Below are positions 31,722-40,555 of a DNA stretch of 64,000 bases, piece after piece. The position numbers and the translations under genes are program-made. The first letter of the stretch is position 1, and every line of letters starts with the position of its first letter. Below the pieces are notes generated by a model that searched no databases, had not been told where the DNA came from, and saw nothing but the letters and a program-made list of their open reading frames with translations. Source of the DNA: Leptospira biflexa (lineage in GTDB: Bacteria; Spirochaetota; Leptospiria; Turneriellales; DYLW01); contig DYOA01000005.1 in the NCBI GenBank assembly GCA_020720785.1, forward strand, positions 9,809 through 73,808. Direction: 5' to 3'.

Positions 31722-32963
31722 ATGGGAATGAACATGGAGAAAAAAATACTCATCATAGAGGATGACCAAATTACCCTGACCATCATGAAAACCATGGTGG
31801 AGCAGAAAGGGTATGAGGTGCACACAGCCAATGACGGTGCCGTTGCCATCAAACTGACCACCCAGGAAGATTTTCCTGTGATCATCACAGATTTACGAAT
31901 GCCCATCATGGGAGGACTCCAGTTTATTGACTATCTCCATGCGTCCAATGTGGATCCTGTTATTCTGGTGGTTTCCGGGGAAGAGGACGTGGAAACCGTG
32001 ATCACCATCATGAAGCGGGGCGTGTATGATTATCTGATCAAACCGGTGGAACGCAATGAGTTTTTACTAAAGATTGAAAAAGCCTTTGAGCTGGCAGAAA
32101 TTAAGGGCCTCAATAAAATACTGCAAAAAGAAAGAGAGATCATCCATTCCCAGAAAACCGACTGGGCGGCATGGAAAGATGCTCTTCTCCGTAAAAAAAT
32201 GGAAAAAATTGACCAGAATCTGCTCACCAATCTCACCACCGGCCTTTCCCAGGGAGCCGGTTTTGGGGGGTTAATCTCCCTGATTCAGGTCATCCCCATG
32301 CAGGCAAAAGAAAGCGGGGATCATTATCTGGTTCCCAAAGAAGTGATCAACCTCATCATGGAAAATGCGAATACCGCAGGAAAGATTCTGGATGATTTCT
32401 CAGAGATTGGGCGTGCCATTAATTCCAGTTTTTCCCTGTCTCCCGCAACGGTGGGGGATTTTGGAAGTCTGGTTAATGAGTCCATTGCCGCAGTGGAAAA
32501 ATTTCTTTTATTGAAAAATCAGACCATTAAGATCAATGTTATTCCGGAAAGCATTATCCAGAATAAAATTGAAATAAACAAAGAGAATCTGAAGAGGGTC
32601 ATCGTGGAAATGCTGATCAATGCCATGAAATTTTCTGAAAATAATTCTGAGATTTTTGCCTTCAGTGAACCATCCGGCAAGAAATTATCCTTTGTGGTAA
32701 CCAGTCACCCCCCAAAAAAAGGCAATGTGGTTGGGATTCCGCCGGAGTACGAAAAAAAGGTATTCGAGCCGTTTTTCCGCCTGAATAAATCTGTCTTTGA
32801 GGATTATCCCACTCTGGATTTTGGGATTGGGTTGACCATGATCCAATCTATCATGCAAAGCCATAACGGGAAAGTGAGTATCAAAAATATGGATGATTAC
32901 GCCGGGATGAAGCAGGAAAAGGAAATTCAGGTTGCCGTGGAAATAACCCTTCCATTTGTGTGA
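31722..32963 (+). CDS. Hybrid response-regulator receiver plus GHKL (HATPase_c-like) protein
   Basis: The REC domain has ILIIEDD and the IITDLRMP phospho-Asp context. The C-terminal ATPase boxes are EMLINAMKFS and DFGIGLTMIQSIM. I found no recognisable H-box. The start may be the Met at 31734. Confidence 0.7.
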   Translation: MGMNMEKKILIIEDDQITLTIMKTMVEQKGYEVHTANDGAVAIKLTTQEDFPVIITDLRMPIMGGLQFIDYLHASNVDPVILVVSGEEDVETVITIMKRGVYDYLIKPVERNEFLLKIEKAFELAEIKGLNKILQKEREIIHSQKTDWAAWKDALLRKKMEKIDQNLLTNLTTGLSQGAGFGGLISLIQVIPMQAKESGDHYLVPKEVINLIMENANTAGKILDDFSEIGRAINSSFSLSPATVGDFGSLVNESIAAVEKFLLLKNQTIKINVIPESIIQNKIEINKENLKRVIVEMLINAMKFSENNSEIFAFSEPSGKKLSFVVTSHPPKKGNVVGIPPEYEKKVFEPFFRLNKSVFEDYPTLDFGIGLTMIQSIMQSHNGKVSIKNMDDYAGMKQEKEIQVAVEITLPFV

Positions 32964-33645
32964 ATTCATGACCAGAGAAATGAAAGCTTACAGGAATTTT
33001 ATTTTTGATATGGATGGGACTCTTTTCACAAGCGAACCCATCCTGGGGCTGGCTTATGCGGATGCCGTGGATACGCTGGAAAAAGAAAATATCCCCGGTC
33101 TCAGAAAACCCGCCGTGGAAGAAATACTGAAATACGTGGGTTATCCCGCCAGCGTAATATTTGCCAATCTTTTCCCCCATGTCAATGAAGAAACCCGGAG
33201 CAGGCTGAACGCCGCAGCTCTGGAGGCATTGGTGAACCGCATTGGCCAGGCCCGGGATCTGATGTATCCGGGGATAAAAGAATTTCTGGAGGAAATACAT
33301 CGGCAAGGTATCAGGATGTATCTGGCTTCCAATGGCAGAAGAAAATACCTGGCGGCCATTCTGGATGCCTATAAACTTACGGATTTTTTTCCGGAATTTT
33401 TCACCATTGAAGATCCCCAGACTCCCAGCAAGTCCGCCATTCTGGAATATTATGTCCGGAATAATAATCTTGTAAAAGGGGAAACGGTTATGGTGGGAGA
33501 CCGCAAATCTGATCTGGATGCCGCCAGAGACAATGGTATAGATTTTATTGGAGTTATATGGGGTCACGGCAACAAGCAGGAAATTGCCAGTGCGGATTAC
33601 CTGTTTTATGCCGTGGAAGATTTTGCCCGTGCCGTCCTTGGATAA
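32956..33645 (+). CDS. HAD-superfamily hydrolase (phosphoglycolate phosphatase-like)
   Basis: Motif I is FIFDMDGTLF and motif IV is VMVGDRKSDLDAA. Confidence 0.8.
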   Translation: MCEFMTREMKAYRNFIFDMDGTLFTSEPILGLAYADAVDTLEKENIPGLRKPAVEEILKYVGYPASVIFANLFPHVNEETRSRLNAAALEALVNRIGQARDLMYPGIKEFLEEIHRQGIRMYLASNGRRKYLAAILDAYKLTDFFPEFFTIEDPQTPSKSAILEYYVRNNNLVKGETVMVGDRKSDLDAARDNGIDFIGVIWGHGNKQEIASADYLFYAVEDFARAVLG

Positions 33646-34211
33646 TTATCTCGTATACCCTTTTCTGCCATGCTCATTTTTTCTGTGGCGTATTTAAGAT
33701 AGGGAATAATGATACCTGAATTCAGGATATCATTTTTGTCCCCATCCGTTCCATCATAGGCAATGGACACCATGGGGATTTGGGTCACTTCCTCAATTTT
33801 GGTTTTCATGGCCTCCGTCACCGGTCCGGCAGCACAGAAAGAGGGACTGGTCTGCACCAGCAAAGATAAATCCGGATAATATTTTTTGAGATACCGGATT
33901 TTGAGCAGATTATCGGAAGATTCTCCCATTTGGTCCACCCGGAGGTGAAACGGAGCAAACATTTTTTCATGATCTTCATCGTATTCATGCAGAGGTCAGC
34001 CAGAACCTGATTGAATATCCGATAGTATTTTTTCTCCCCGGTGGACAGGAAAAAACTGCCTATGTAATTTTTCCAGAAAGGCATAGATGGCAGACTATGG
34101 CTTACCTTTATGGAATACGTAATCCATAAGGTCGATGGATTGATCCTCATTCAGAATGACCATGGAAGCGGAAACCGAACCGGAATCCACCCCGATTATT
34201 TTCTTCTCCAT
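33606..34211 (-). pseudogene. Collapsed remnant of an acyl-CoA dehydratase activase-related (BadF/BcrA-type ATPase ... HGD-D-like C-terminus) gene
   Basis: It is a single 201-codon frame from the ATG at 34211. It reads MEKKIIGVDSGSVSASMVILNEDQSIDLMDYVFHKGKP, then TAG (34097-34095), then 32 codons, then TGA (33998-33996). It continues ...SPSFCAAGPVTEAMKTKIEEVTQIPMVSIAYDGTDGD... The 3' end overlaps the convergent HAD gene by 40 nt. Confidence 0.55.
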
Positions 34212-34227
34212 AAAAATCCTCCAATCT

Positions 34228-35256
34228 TTAAATAAATTCCTTTGCGGAAGAAACCTTCTTTATATCACTCCAGTTTCCCATCCGGTAATAATGCCATCCC
34301 AGGGCGGCCACCATGGCACCGTTGTCTGTGCATAAAGACACTGGCGGTACCGTTATTCGGGCGTGAATTTCTGCGGCCAGTTTCTCCAGGGCTTCCCTTA
34401 AAAAGGTATTTGCCGTAACGCCTCCGGCGGCAACAACCCGTTTGATGCCAAAATGAAGGACCGCATTCCTTACATTACGTATGATAATTTCTATGATTCT
34501 TTCCTGATAAAAATATGCGGCTTCCTCCGTGGCTAGGTCTGGGTTCCTCTGTTTCAGATACAGCAGCGATGTTTTCAACCCGCTGAAGGAAAAGTTGAAC
34601 TCATCGGACGGCTGGGATTTCAGAATTCTGGGGAAAGGGTTCTTTGCCGCATCCAGGTGTTCACCGGCATTCCGGTAATCTCTTGCTTTTTTTTCCATGG
34701 AAGGCCCACCGGGATATGAGAGACCCAGAAGGGAGGCCGCTTTGTCCAAGGCTTCCCCGGCAGCATCATCAAAGGTGTCCCCTGCCAGTTCAATTTCCCC
34801 CGGTCCATGCACCAGAAAAATGGATGAATTCCCTCCGGAAAGAAGGAGTCCCAGAAAAGGATATTCCGGCATAACGGATTGGATGCCCGCTGCGTAAAAA
34901 TGAGCCTCCAGATGGTGGATGGGAATAACGGGAATGTCCAGTAAATGGGATATGGCCAGGGCGGCGTTGTATCCCATCAAAAGAGACCCCACAAGACCCG
35001 GCCGTGTGGTCACAGCCACGTACGATATCTTCTCATCCGGTGCGGTTGCATGGAAATCCGCCATGGCTTTTTTTATCATGGAGGGCATTTTTTCCAGGTG
35101 CATCCGGCTGGCATTCTCCGGTACCACACCTCCGTACAGACGGTGTGTCTCTATCTGGCTAAAAAGCGGATTGGTGATGATTTCCTTTCCATTTTTTAAA
35201 ATGGCCACTCCGGTTTCATCACAACTGCTTTCAATCCCCATTCCGTAAATGTCCAT
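34228..35256 (-). CDS. tsaD: tRNA N6-adenosine threonylcarbamoyltransferase
   Basis: Motifs are GIESSCDETGVAI, the HHLEAH metal site and SGGNS. I placed the start at the Met of MDIYGMGIE; the ORF track extends to 35283. Confidence 0.9.
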   Translation of the reverse strand: MDIYGMGIESSCDETGVAILKNGKEIITNPLFSQIETHRLYGGVVPENASRMHLEKMPSMIKKAMADFHATAPDEKISYVAVTTRPGLVGSLLMGYNAALAISHLLDIPVIPIHHLEAHFYAAGIQSVMPEYPFLGLLLSGGNSSIFLVHGPGEIELAGDTFDDAAGEALDKAASLLGLSYPGGPSMEKKARDYRNAGEHLDAAKNPFPRILKSQPSDEFNFSFSGLKTSLLYLKQRNPDLATEEAAYFYQERIIEIIIRNVRNAVLHFGIKRVVAAGGVTANTFLREALEKLAAEIHARITVPPVSLCTDNGAMVAALGWHYYRMGNWSDIKKVSSAKEFI

Positions 35257-35266
35257 GGTACGACTC

Positions 35267-35989
35267 TTATATTTTAATATCAATTCCTGCCTTCAGTGAG
35301 TTTAATTTCTGTTCGTCCACCACATCCACCTTCTTTATATCCAGATCATCCAGTAAATGCTTTATTTCCTCCAGGTGTTGCCCCAGAAACTCCCGGCCTT
35401 CCGGAGTGGAGGAAAGATATAAATGAACCCCGTCCGGACGCAACAGAAACACCCCCATCAGCGGATCCTCTGCCAGCGGGCGAATGGAAAAACGCCAGGC
35501 ACCTTTCTCCGGATAGATCTCCGTACCAGCCTCATCCTGTAGAAAATGGATTCCCAGGGCATTTAAAAAATCCCCCATGTTAAAGTTACCGGATAAATCC
35601 TCAAAAGAGAGCTGCCATTTTTCCATGCTGGCAGCGGGGATTTCCTCTTGTTTCAAAGCCGATGTCGCGTTTTTTCCTTCCAGGGTTTTATCCGCGGGTT
35701 GGTTTTTCTGAACAGGATCTTTCTCCTCCAGTATTTTTATCACAAGAGGGGATTTTTTTTCCACCAGATAACTCTTCCCCGCTGTGAGCTTTTGCCGGGA
35801 AAGGAGATTCAGTGTATGGCCCATTATATTCACCTGATACCAGATTCCTTTTGGGGTTTGGTTTCCTTCGGAAAGTATCCCCAGCATAAACCGGGAAGGA
35901 AGCCGGGATATAAAGGAAAAATTCCGGGGCAGTTCAATCAGATTATCAGGAAATTTTCCCAGCATGGTATTCCATCCAGTGCGGAACAA
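35267..35989 (-). CDS. Hypothetical protein
   Basis: 240 aa with no motif I recognise. It is co-oriented and overlaps the CHAD gene end. Confidence 0.4.
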   Translation of the reverse strand: MFRTGWNTMLGKFPDNLIELPRNFSFISRLPSRFMLGILSEGNQTPKGIWYQVNIMGHTLNLLSRQKLTAGKSYLVEKKSPLVIKILEEKDPVQKNQPADKTLEGKNATSALKQEEIPAASMEKWQLSFEDLSGNFNMGDFLNALGIHFLQDEAGTEIYPEKGAWRFSIRPLAEDPLMGVFLLRPDGVHLYLSSTPEGREFLGQHLEEIKHLLDDLDIKKVDVVDEQKLNSLKAGIDIKI

Positions 35990-36830
35990 GGTTTTTTTCC
36001 TTTATTTTTTCAAATATTCCATCTTCTTCCCTGCGTAAAAAATCGGACAGATTATCCATTGTCTCCGGAGGAAGATGGATGTCTTCATATATCATTTTTT
36101 TTATAATGGCAATGTCGTTCAGCTCCCCCAGATGCTTCTGCATGGATTTGGAAATTTTTTCTGTTTCCAGATAAAACCGGGGAAGGACAATTTTATAAGT
36201 TTCAATGAGATAGCGGATTTTTTTAAAGTCTTTTCTCAGATCATGAAGCCATTCCGTATTTCTGCTCATAGCGGGAAAATTTTCCAGCTTTCCGGAAATG
36301 GTGCGTGCCATATCCCCAATCACGGAAAGAGCAAAAAAATCAACACTAATGTTCATTTCTTTTTTCCAGGGAATTATAAACATAGCCTCCAGCTCTTTCA
36401 GAGGGGATAAAAAAGCGGGACCGCCCAGTTTCTCCCTGACAGATTCTCGGAGAATGACTTCCTTATCCTGTCTTTCCGCGATCCATGTATTGAGAGATTC
36501 CGGGATAGATTCATTGACCGGGCTGAATTCCCCGGAAAGAAAATTTTCCCTTATGTATGAGATTTTCTCAATGATAACCTCTTCATCTCTGAGTGAAGAT
36601 GCCTCCCGCGAAATCTCTGCCAGTGCCTTGATAAAATATTTTGTATGGTATTTACCCAGAATTTTCCTGGAGTTCTGTAATATGCTACGTAGCTTGCGGA
36701 TAAATACCCGGAAATCATGGACCGCCTCCGGATCGCTTCCGTCCTGAATTTTCTTTGCTGCCCGGCGGATATTTCCGGTAATTTTTTTTATCTCCTTTTC
36801 CAGATATGCCCGTGTGTGCATGGGTAACAA
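35946..36830 (-). CDS. CHAD-domain protein
   Basis: The helical protein carries the conserved CHAD opening EAVHDFRVFIRKLRSIL and the later LHDLRKDFKKIRY. Confidence 0.7.
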   Translation of the reverse strand: MLPMHTRAYLEKEIKKITGNIRRAAKKIQDGSDPEAVHDFRVFIRKLRSILQNSRKILGKYHTKYFIKALAEISREASSLRDEEVIIEKISYIRENFLSGEFSPVNESIPESLNTWIAERQDKEVILRESVREKLGGPAFLSPLKELEAMFIIPWKKEMNISVDFFALSVIGDMARTISGKLENFPAMSRNTEWLHDLRKDFKKIRYLIETYKIVLPRFYLETEKISKSMQKHLGELNDIAIIKKMIYEDIHLPPETMDNLSDFLRREEDGIFEKIKEKNLVPHWMEYHAGKIS

Positions 36831-36942
36831 TAAAACAGAGAAACAGATTTACAACGGATTATTTTTTCAACGGTGCACCAATTGGGGAATCCATACCATC
36901 GAACCCAATCCCACCAAATGAAACAGTGGGAAACCGGGGGTT

Positions 36943-37623
36943 TTACAGCCTCTGGATATCTTCTTCGCTGAGGCCGGTGATCTCTGCGATATCTTCCATG
37001 GGATAGCCTTTGGACAGCATCCGCCGGGCGGCGTCGTATGCCTTTTCTTTGATGCCTTGCCGCAGGCCTTCGGTTTTGCCTTTTTGCATTCCTTGTCTGA
37101 TACCCTTTTCCACCCCTTTTTCCGGAGCAATTCTTTCCACCCTGTCAAAAAGAACCTCCGGTTGAATATCTTTTGCTCCATATATGTATAACAATAACTT
37201 TCGGATCAGTTCCAGTCCGGAATTCTCATCCAATAAATCTCTGGAAAGCAGGAAGAGTTCATCCAGCTTCCGGATATCTTCCAAATTCCAGATGTTTTTA
37301 AATGTATAAAGAATTGCCCGGAGCGTCAATGAAAAAATAATACTGTCTATGTTTGTTTGATTCAGGTCAAACAATTGGTAGGAGAAATTCGGGAGATAGC
37401 GTCCCAAAAGCCGCATTTCCTTTTGTGAAATGATTGGCAACGATTCGCGGGATGAATCCATCGGCGGGGACAATGGGCGATGAGCGGATGCAAAGCGGAC
37501 TGGGCGACCTGCCAATCTGACCGGAAAGGTGGTGGAGATGGCCGGCCCCTCGATACGACCATGCCCACCCATCGGCCACCGGCACAGATTCTGTAGAAGT
37601 GGCCATTGATTGGGGCGTCCCAA
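36943..37623 (-). pseudogene. N-terminally truncated Rpn-family (YhgA-like, PD-(D/E)XK) recombination-promoting nuclease/putative transposase
   Basis: From about 37416 downward the sequence is typical of the family middle and C-terminus: RYLPNFSYQLFDLNQ, and a tail EKGIRQGMQKGKTEGLRQGIKEKAYDAARRMLSKGYPMEDIAEITGLSEEDIQRL. The first ~55-70 codons of the ORF are GC-rich non-homologous sequence. No nuclease core is found in any frame. Confidence 0.55.
37441..37620. other. Compositional island of 180 bp at ~62% GC; function unknown (structured RNA or foreign remnant)
   Basis: My hand count is 112 G+C out of 180. It is flanked on the right by an extremely AT-rich ~90 bp. It contains local stems such as GGCCAC..GTGGCC and GGTGG..CCACC, and an 8-nt direct repeat CCATCGGC. 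Confidence 0.3.
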
Positions 37624-37719
37624 CGCAGATTGCTAATTAAAACCATTTTCAATTAGTATTATTTTATAAAATTATACTAATTCAAATTTTATTGACTCCG
37701 CGTACTATATTTTGAGCAT

Positions 37720-37747
37720 GGGCAAACTTTTCAACAAAAGGGTGCCC
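37720..37747 (+). promoter_or_regulatory. Hairpin covering the only SD-like purine run, 3 nt upstream of the molybdoenzyme start codon
   Basis: The sequence is GGGCA-aa-CTTTT-caac-AAAAG-gg-TGCCC, followed by AA and ATG (37750). The 3' arm contains AAAAGG. Confidence 0.3.
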
Positions 37748-37749
37748 AA

Positions 37750-39960
37750 ATGATAAACGAAAAAAATAAAGTAAGCCGCCGGGAGTTTATAAAGATTTCC
37801 GGAGCTACCGTTGCGGCAGCAGCGGCGGCGTCAGCAGGTGCAGGTTATTTATTCAGCGAGATAAAAACAAATAGTGATGGGAAAACAGACAGAAAGATAG
37901 TGAATACATACTGTGATGTCTGCTTCTTCCAGTGTGGTCTGAATGTTACGGTGGAGAACGGCGTAGCGGTTAACATTGAAGGAAATCCCCACCATCCGCT
38001 TTCCCGTGGGAAATTGTGTCCCCGTGGGACCGGCGGATTGGGACAGCTTTATGATAAAGATCGGATAAAAAATCCCCTGAAAAGAACTACGAATCTCTTG
38101 GGGCAACAGACATTCAAGGAAATTTCCTGGGATCAGGCTTTGGATGAAATTGCAGAAAAAATGAAAGAAATTATCGGTAAATACGGACCCCAATCCATGG
38201 GTATGGTTAAGCATGGGAAGGGAGCGGAACCATGGGAGCAGTTATGGCATGCAATTGGATCCAAAACAGAAGGGCATGCATCCTTTGCACAATGCAGGGG
38301 TCCAAGAGACGTGGGCTGGATCATTACCTATGGTTCCAATCCGGGTTCACCGGAAATGGTAGCTTTGGATAAGGCCGAAGTGGTTGCCTTCATTGGCGGG
38401 CACCTTGGCGAAAACATGCATAATATCAATGTGCAGGATTTCGCACTTGGATTGAAAAACGGGGCCCGTAACATTGTTGTGGATCCACGGCACTCCACGA
38501 CTGCGGCAAAAGCCAAATACTGGCTTCCCATTAAACCGGGCACGGATACAGCGTTGCTTCTGGCGTGGATGAATGTACTTATATCGGAAGGTCTTTATGA
38601 CAAGGCCTTTGTTGCCAACCATACTTTGGGATTTGATAAGCTTTCTGCTCATGTGAAGAACATGACTCCGGAATGGGCAGCCGCCTATACCGGCCTGGAT
38701 GCGGAAGCGATCCGTGCCACAGCGAGGGAATTAGGAAATGCAAGAGGAAAATCTCTGGTATGGCCGGGAAGAAAATATGTATGGTATGGAGATGATACAC
38801 AGAGAGCCCGTGCGGTGGCGATACTGAACGCCCTGTTAGGGGCATGGCACAATGAAAATGCCCTTTTCCCCGGCGATAGATTTCCACTTCCCGAACCAAC
38901 CCTGGGGCACCATTCCCACAAGAAAGGGAAGAAAGCATTTGACCAGATGGCAAAATATCCCTTTGCCACCGATGTGCCCGCCCAGGATATCATGGCGTCT
39001 GCCATCCCGGGGAAATACGAAGCCGGAAAAGATGCTACTGTTAAGGGTATGGTGATTTACAGTTCCAATGTGGTCACATCCATCCCCAATGGCCGGGAAT
39101 TATCGGAACAAATGGCAGAGAACCTGGACTTGCTGGTGGTGGTGGAAACCATGCCGGCAGAGATTACCGGATTTGCGGATTACGTCCTTCCGGATACAAC
39201 GTATCTGGAAAGATACGACGTTCTGACCGCACCACCATGGAGAGAGCCTTTCCTGGCTATCCGCCAGCCTGTGGTGAAACCTTTGCATAATTCCAAACCT
39301 TCCTGGTGGATTGCTCTGCAACTGGCCAAGCGGTTGGGATATAAAGAAGAGTTTGGCTATGAGGACTACAAGGAAGTAATTGAAAACCAATTGGCACAGA
39401 TTGGTTCTTCCATTGATGATATTAATAAAAACCACGGAGTTTTGAAAAAGGAATATAAAAAGCCTCCTATGAAACTAAAAACTCCTTCCGGAAAGGTGGA
39501 ACTGTATTCCGAACTGTTGGCCTCCGCCGGATTTGATCCAATGCCGGTTTTTAAACCCCCCGTACCCGGACCGGAAGGATTCCTGAGGTTGTTATTTGGA
39601 AGGGCACCCCAGCATACTTTTACACGAACCACCAACAACACACTTCTCCGAGAGGTTTACAGTGAGAACGATGTGTGGGTGAACCATAAAGTGGCCAAAA
39701 GGTTTGGACTGGAGAATGGCCAATATGTGGTTTTAATGAACCAGGATGGCGTCAAGAGTGACAAAGTTAAAGTCCGGGTGACAGAAAGAATCCATGAGGA
39801 CTGTGTTTATATGGTCCATGGGTTTGGAAGGCGGGACAGAAGATTAACAAAGGCATATAAAAAAGGTGCCAGCGTTGGCGAATTGGTAACCAAATATGAG
39901 ATTGATCCCATTATGGGCGGGACCGGCTCCCAGGTGAATTTTGTGACATTCACACTATAA
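37750..39960 (+). CDS. Periplasmic molybdopterin (bis-MGD) oxidoreductase catalytic subunit, PhsA/PsrA-type (thiosulfate/polysulfide reductase-like)
   Basis: 736 aa. The Tat signal is SRREFIKISGATVAAAAAASAGAG. The N-terminal FeS cluster motif C-x2-C-x3-C-x27-C is CDVCFFQCG...GKLCPRG. Confidence 0.85.
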   Translation: MINEKNKVSRREFIKISGATVAAAAAASAGAGYLFSEIKTNSDGKTDRKIVNTYCDVCFFQCGLNVTVENGVAVNIEGNPHHPLSRGKLCPRGTGGLGQLYDKDRIKNPLKRTTNLLGQQTFKEISWDQALDEIAEKMKEIIGKYGPQSMGMVKHGKGAEPWEQLWHAIGSKTEGHASFAQCRGPRDVGWIITYGSNPGSPEMVALDKAEVVAFIGGHLGENMHNINVQDFALGLKNGARNIVVDPRHSTTAAKAKYWLPIKPGTDTALLLAWMNVLISEGLYDKAFVANHTLGFDKLSAHVKNMTPEWAAAYTGLDAEAIRATARELGNARGKSLVWPGRKYVWYGDDTQRARAVAILNALLGAWHNENALFPGDRFPLPEPTLGHHSHKKGKKAFDQMAKYPFATDVPAQDIMASAIPGKYEAGKDATVKGMVIYSSNVVTSIPNGRELSEQMAENLDLLVVVETMPAEITGFADYVLPDTTYLERYDVLTAPPWREPFLAIRQPVVKPLHNSKPSWWIALQLAKRLGYKEEFGYEDYKEVIENQLAQIGSSIDDINKNHGVLKKEYKKPPMKLKTPSGKVELYSELLASAGFDPMPVFKPPVPGPEGFLRLLFGRAPQHTFTRTTNNTLLREVYSENDVWVNHKVAKRFGLENGQYVVLMNQDGVKSDKVKVRVTERIHEDCVYMVHGFGRRDRRLTKAYKKGASVGELVTKYEIDPIMGGTGSQVNFVTFTL

Positions 39961-39987
39961 AGGGCAAAGGAAAAAAGAGAGGATATT

Positions 39988-40548
39988 ATGGCAAGATATG
40001 CAATGTCAATTGACTTAACCACATGCGTTGCCTGCGACGCCTGTGTGGTCGCCTGTAAAATGGAGAACCATGTTCCCGATGGCTTTGCCAGGGACTGGAC
40101 GGTTCAGGTAATTAAAAACCATTTTCCCAATTTTGTGGCCGATCTGTATTCCAGCAGATGCCAGCACTGCGAAAACGCTCCCTGTGTATCCGCATGCCCC
40201 ACTGAAGCATCGTACATAAAGGACGGAATTGTTCTGGTAAACAAAGATCTTTGCGTGGGCTGTGAACACTGCGTGGCGGCTTGCCCCTATGGAGCACGGT
40301 ATCTGCATCCGGAAGGGTTTGTGGATAAATGTACCTTCTGTGACCATAGACTGGGCACCGGAAAAGATCCTGCTTGTGTGGAAATCTGCCCCACGTATTC
40401 GCTTACCTTTGGGGATCTGGATAATCCGGAAAGCGAAGTGGCCAAGCAGCTCCAGGATCGCAAATACAAGGTACTGAAACCGGAAGAAGAGACCCAGCCC
40501 AAGTATATTCTTCTGGAATCCATAACAGAAAAAGCGTTCACCAAGTGA
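39988..40548 (+). CDS. Four-cluster [4Fe-4S] electron-transfer subunit (PhsB/PsrB/DmsB family)
   Basis: 186 aa with four Cys groups: CVACDACVVAC, CQHCENAPCVSACP, CVGCEHCVAACP and CTFC..CVEICP. Confidence 0.85.
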   Translation: MARYAMSIDLTTCVACDACVVACKMENHVPDGFARDWTVQVIKNHFPNFVADLYSSRCQHCENAPCVSACPTEASYIKDGIVLVNKDLCVGCEHCVAACPYGARYLHPEGFVDKCTFCDHRLGTGKDPACVEICPTYSLTFGDLDNPESEVAKQLQDRKYKVLKPEEETQPKYILLESITEKAFTK

Positions 40549-40555
40549 GGTAATT

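Noticed and set aside
33996-34097. In-frame TAG and TGA in the activase-like frame read as pyrrolysine/selenocysteine recoding or an alternative genetic code.
   Set aside because: All housekeeping genes in the window are intact under the standard code. The frame also lacks the whole middle of the protein family. I see no SECIS-like or PYLIS-like context. Pseudogenisation is the simpler reading.
37441-37620. Calling the GC-rich island a Moco riboswitch for the downstream molybdoenzyme.
   Set aside because: I cannot reproduce the Moco motif consensus from memory well enough to match it. About 100 bp of AT-rich, promoter-like sequence separates it from the start codon. I report it as an unexplained element instead.
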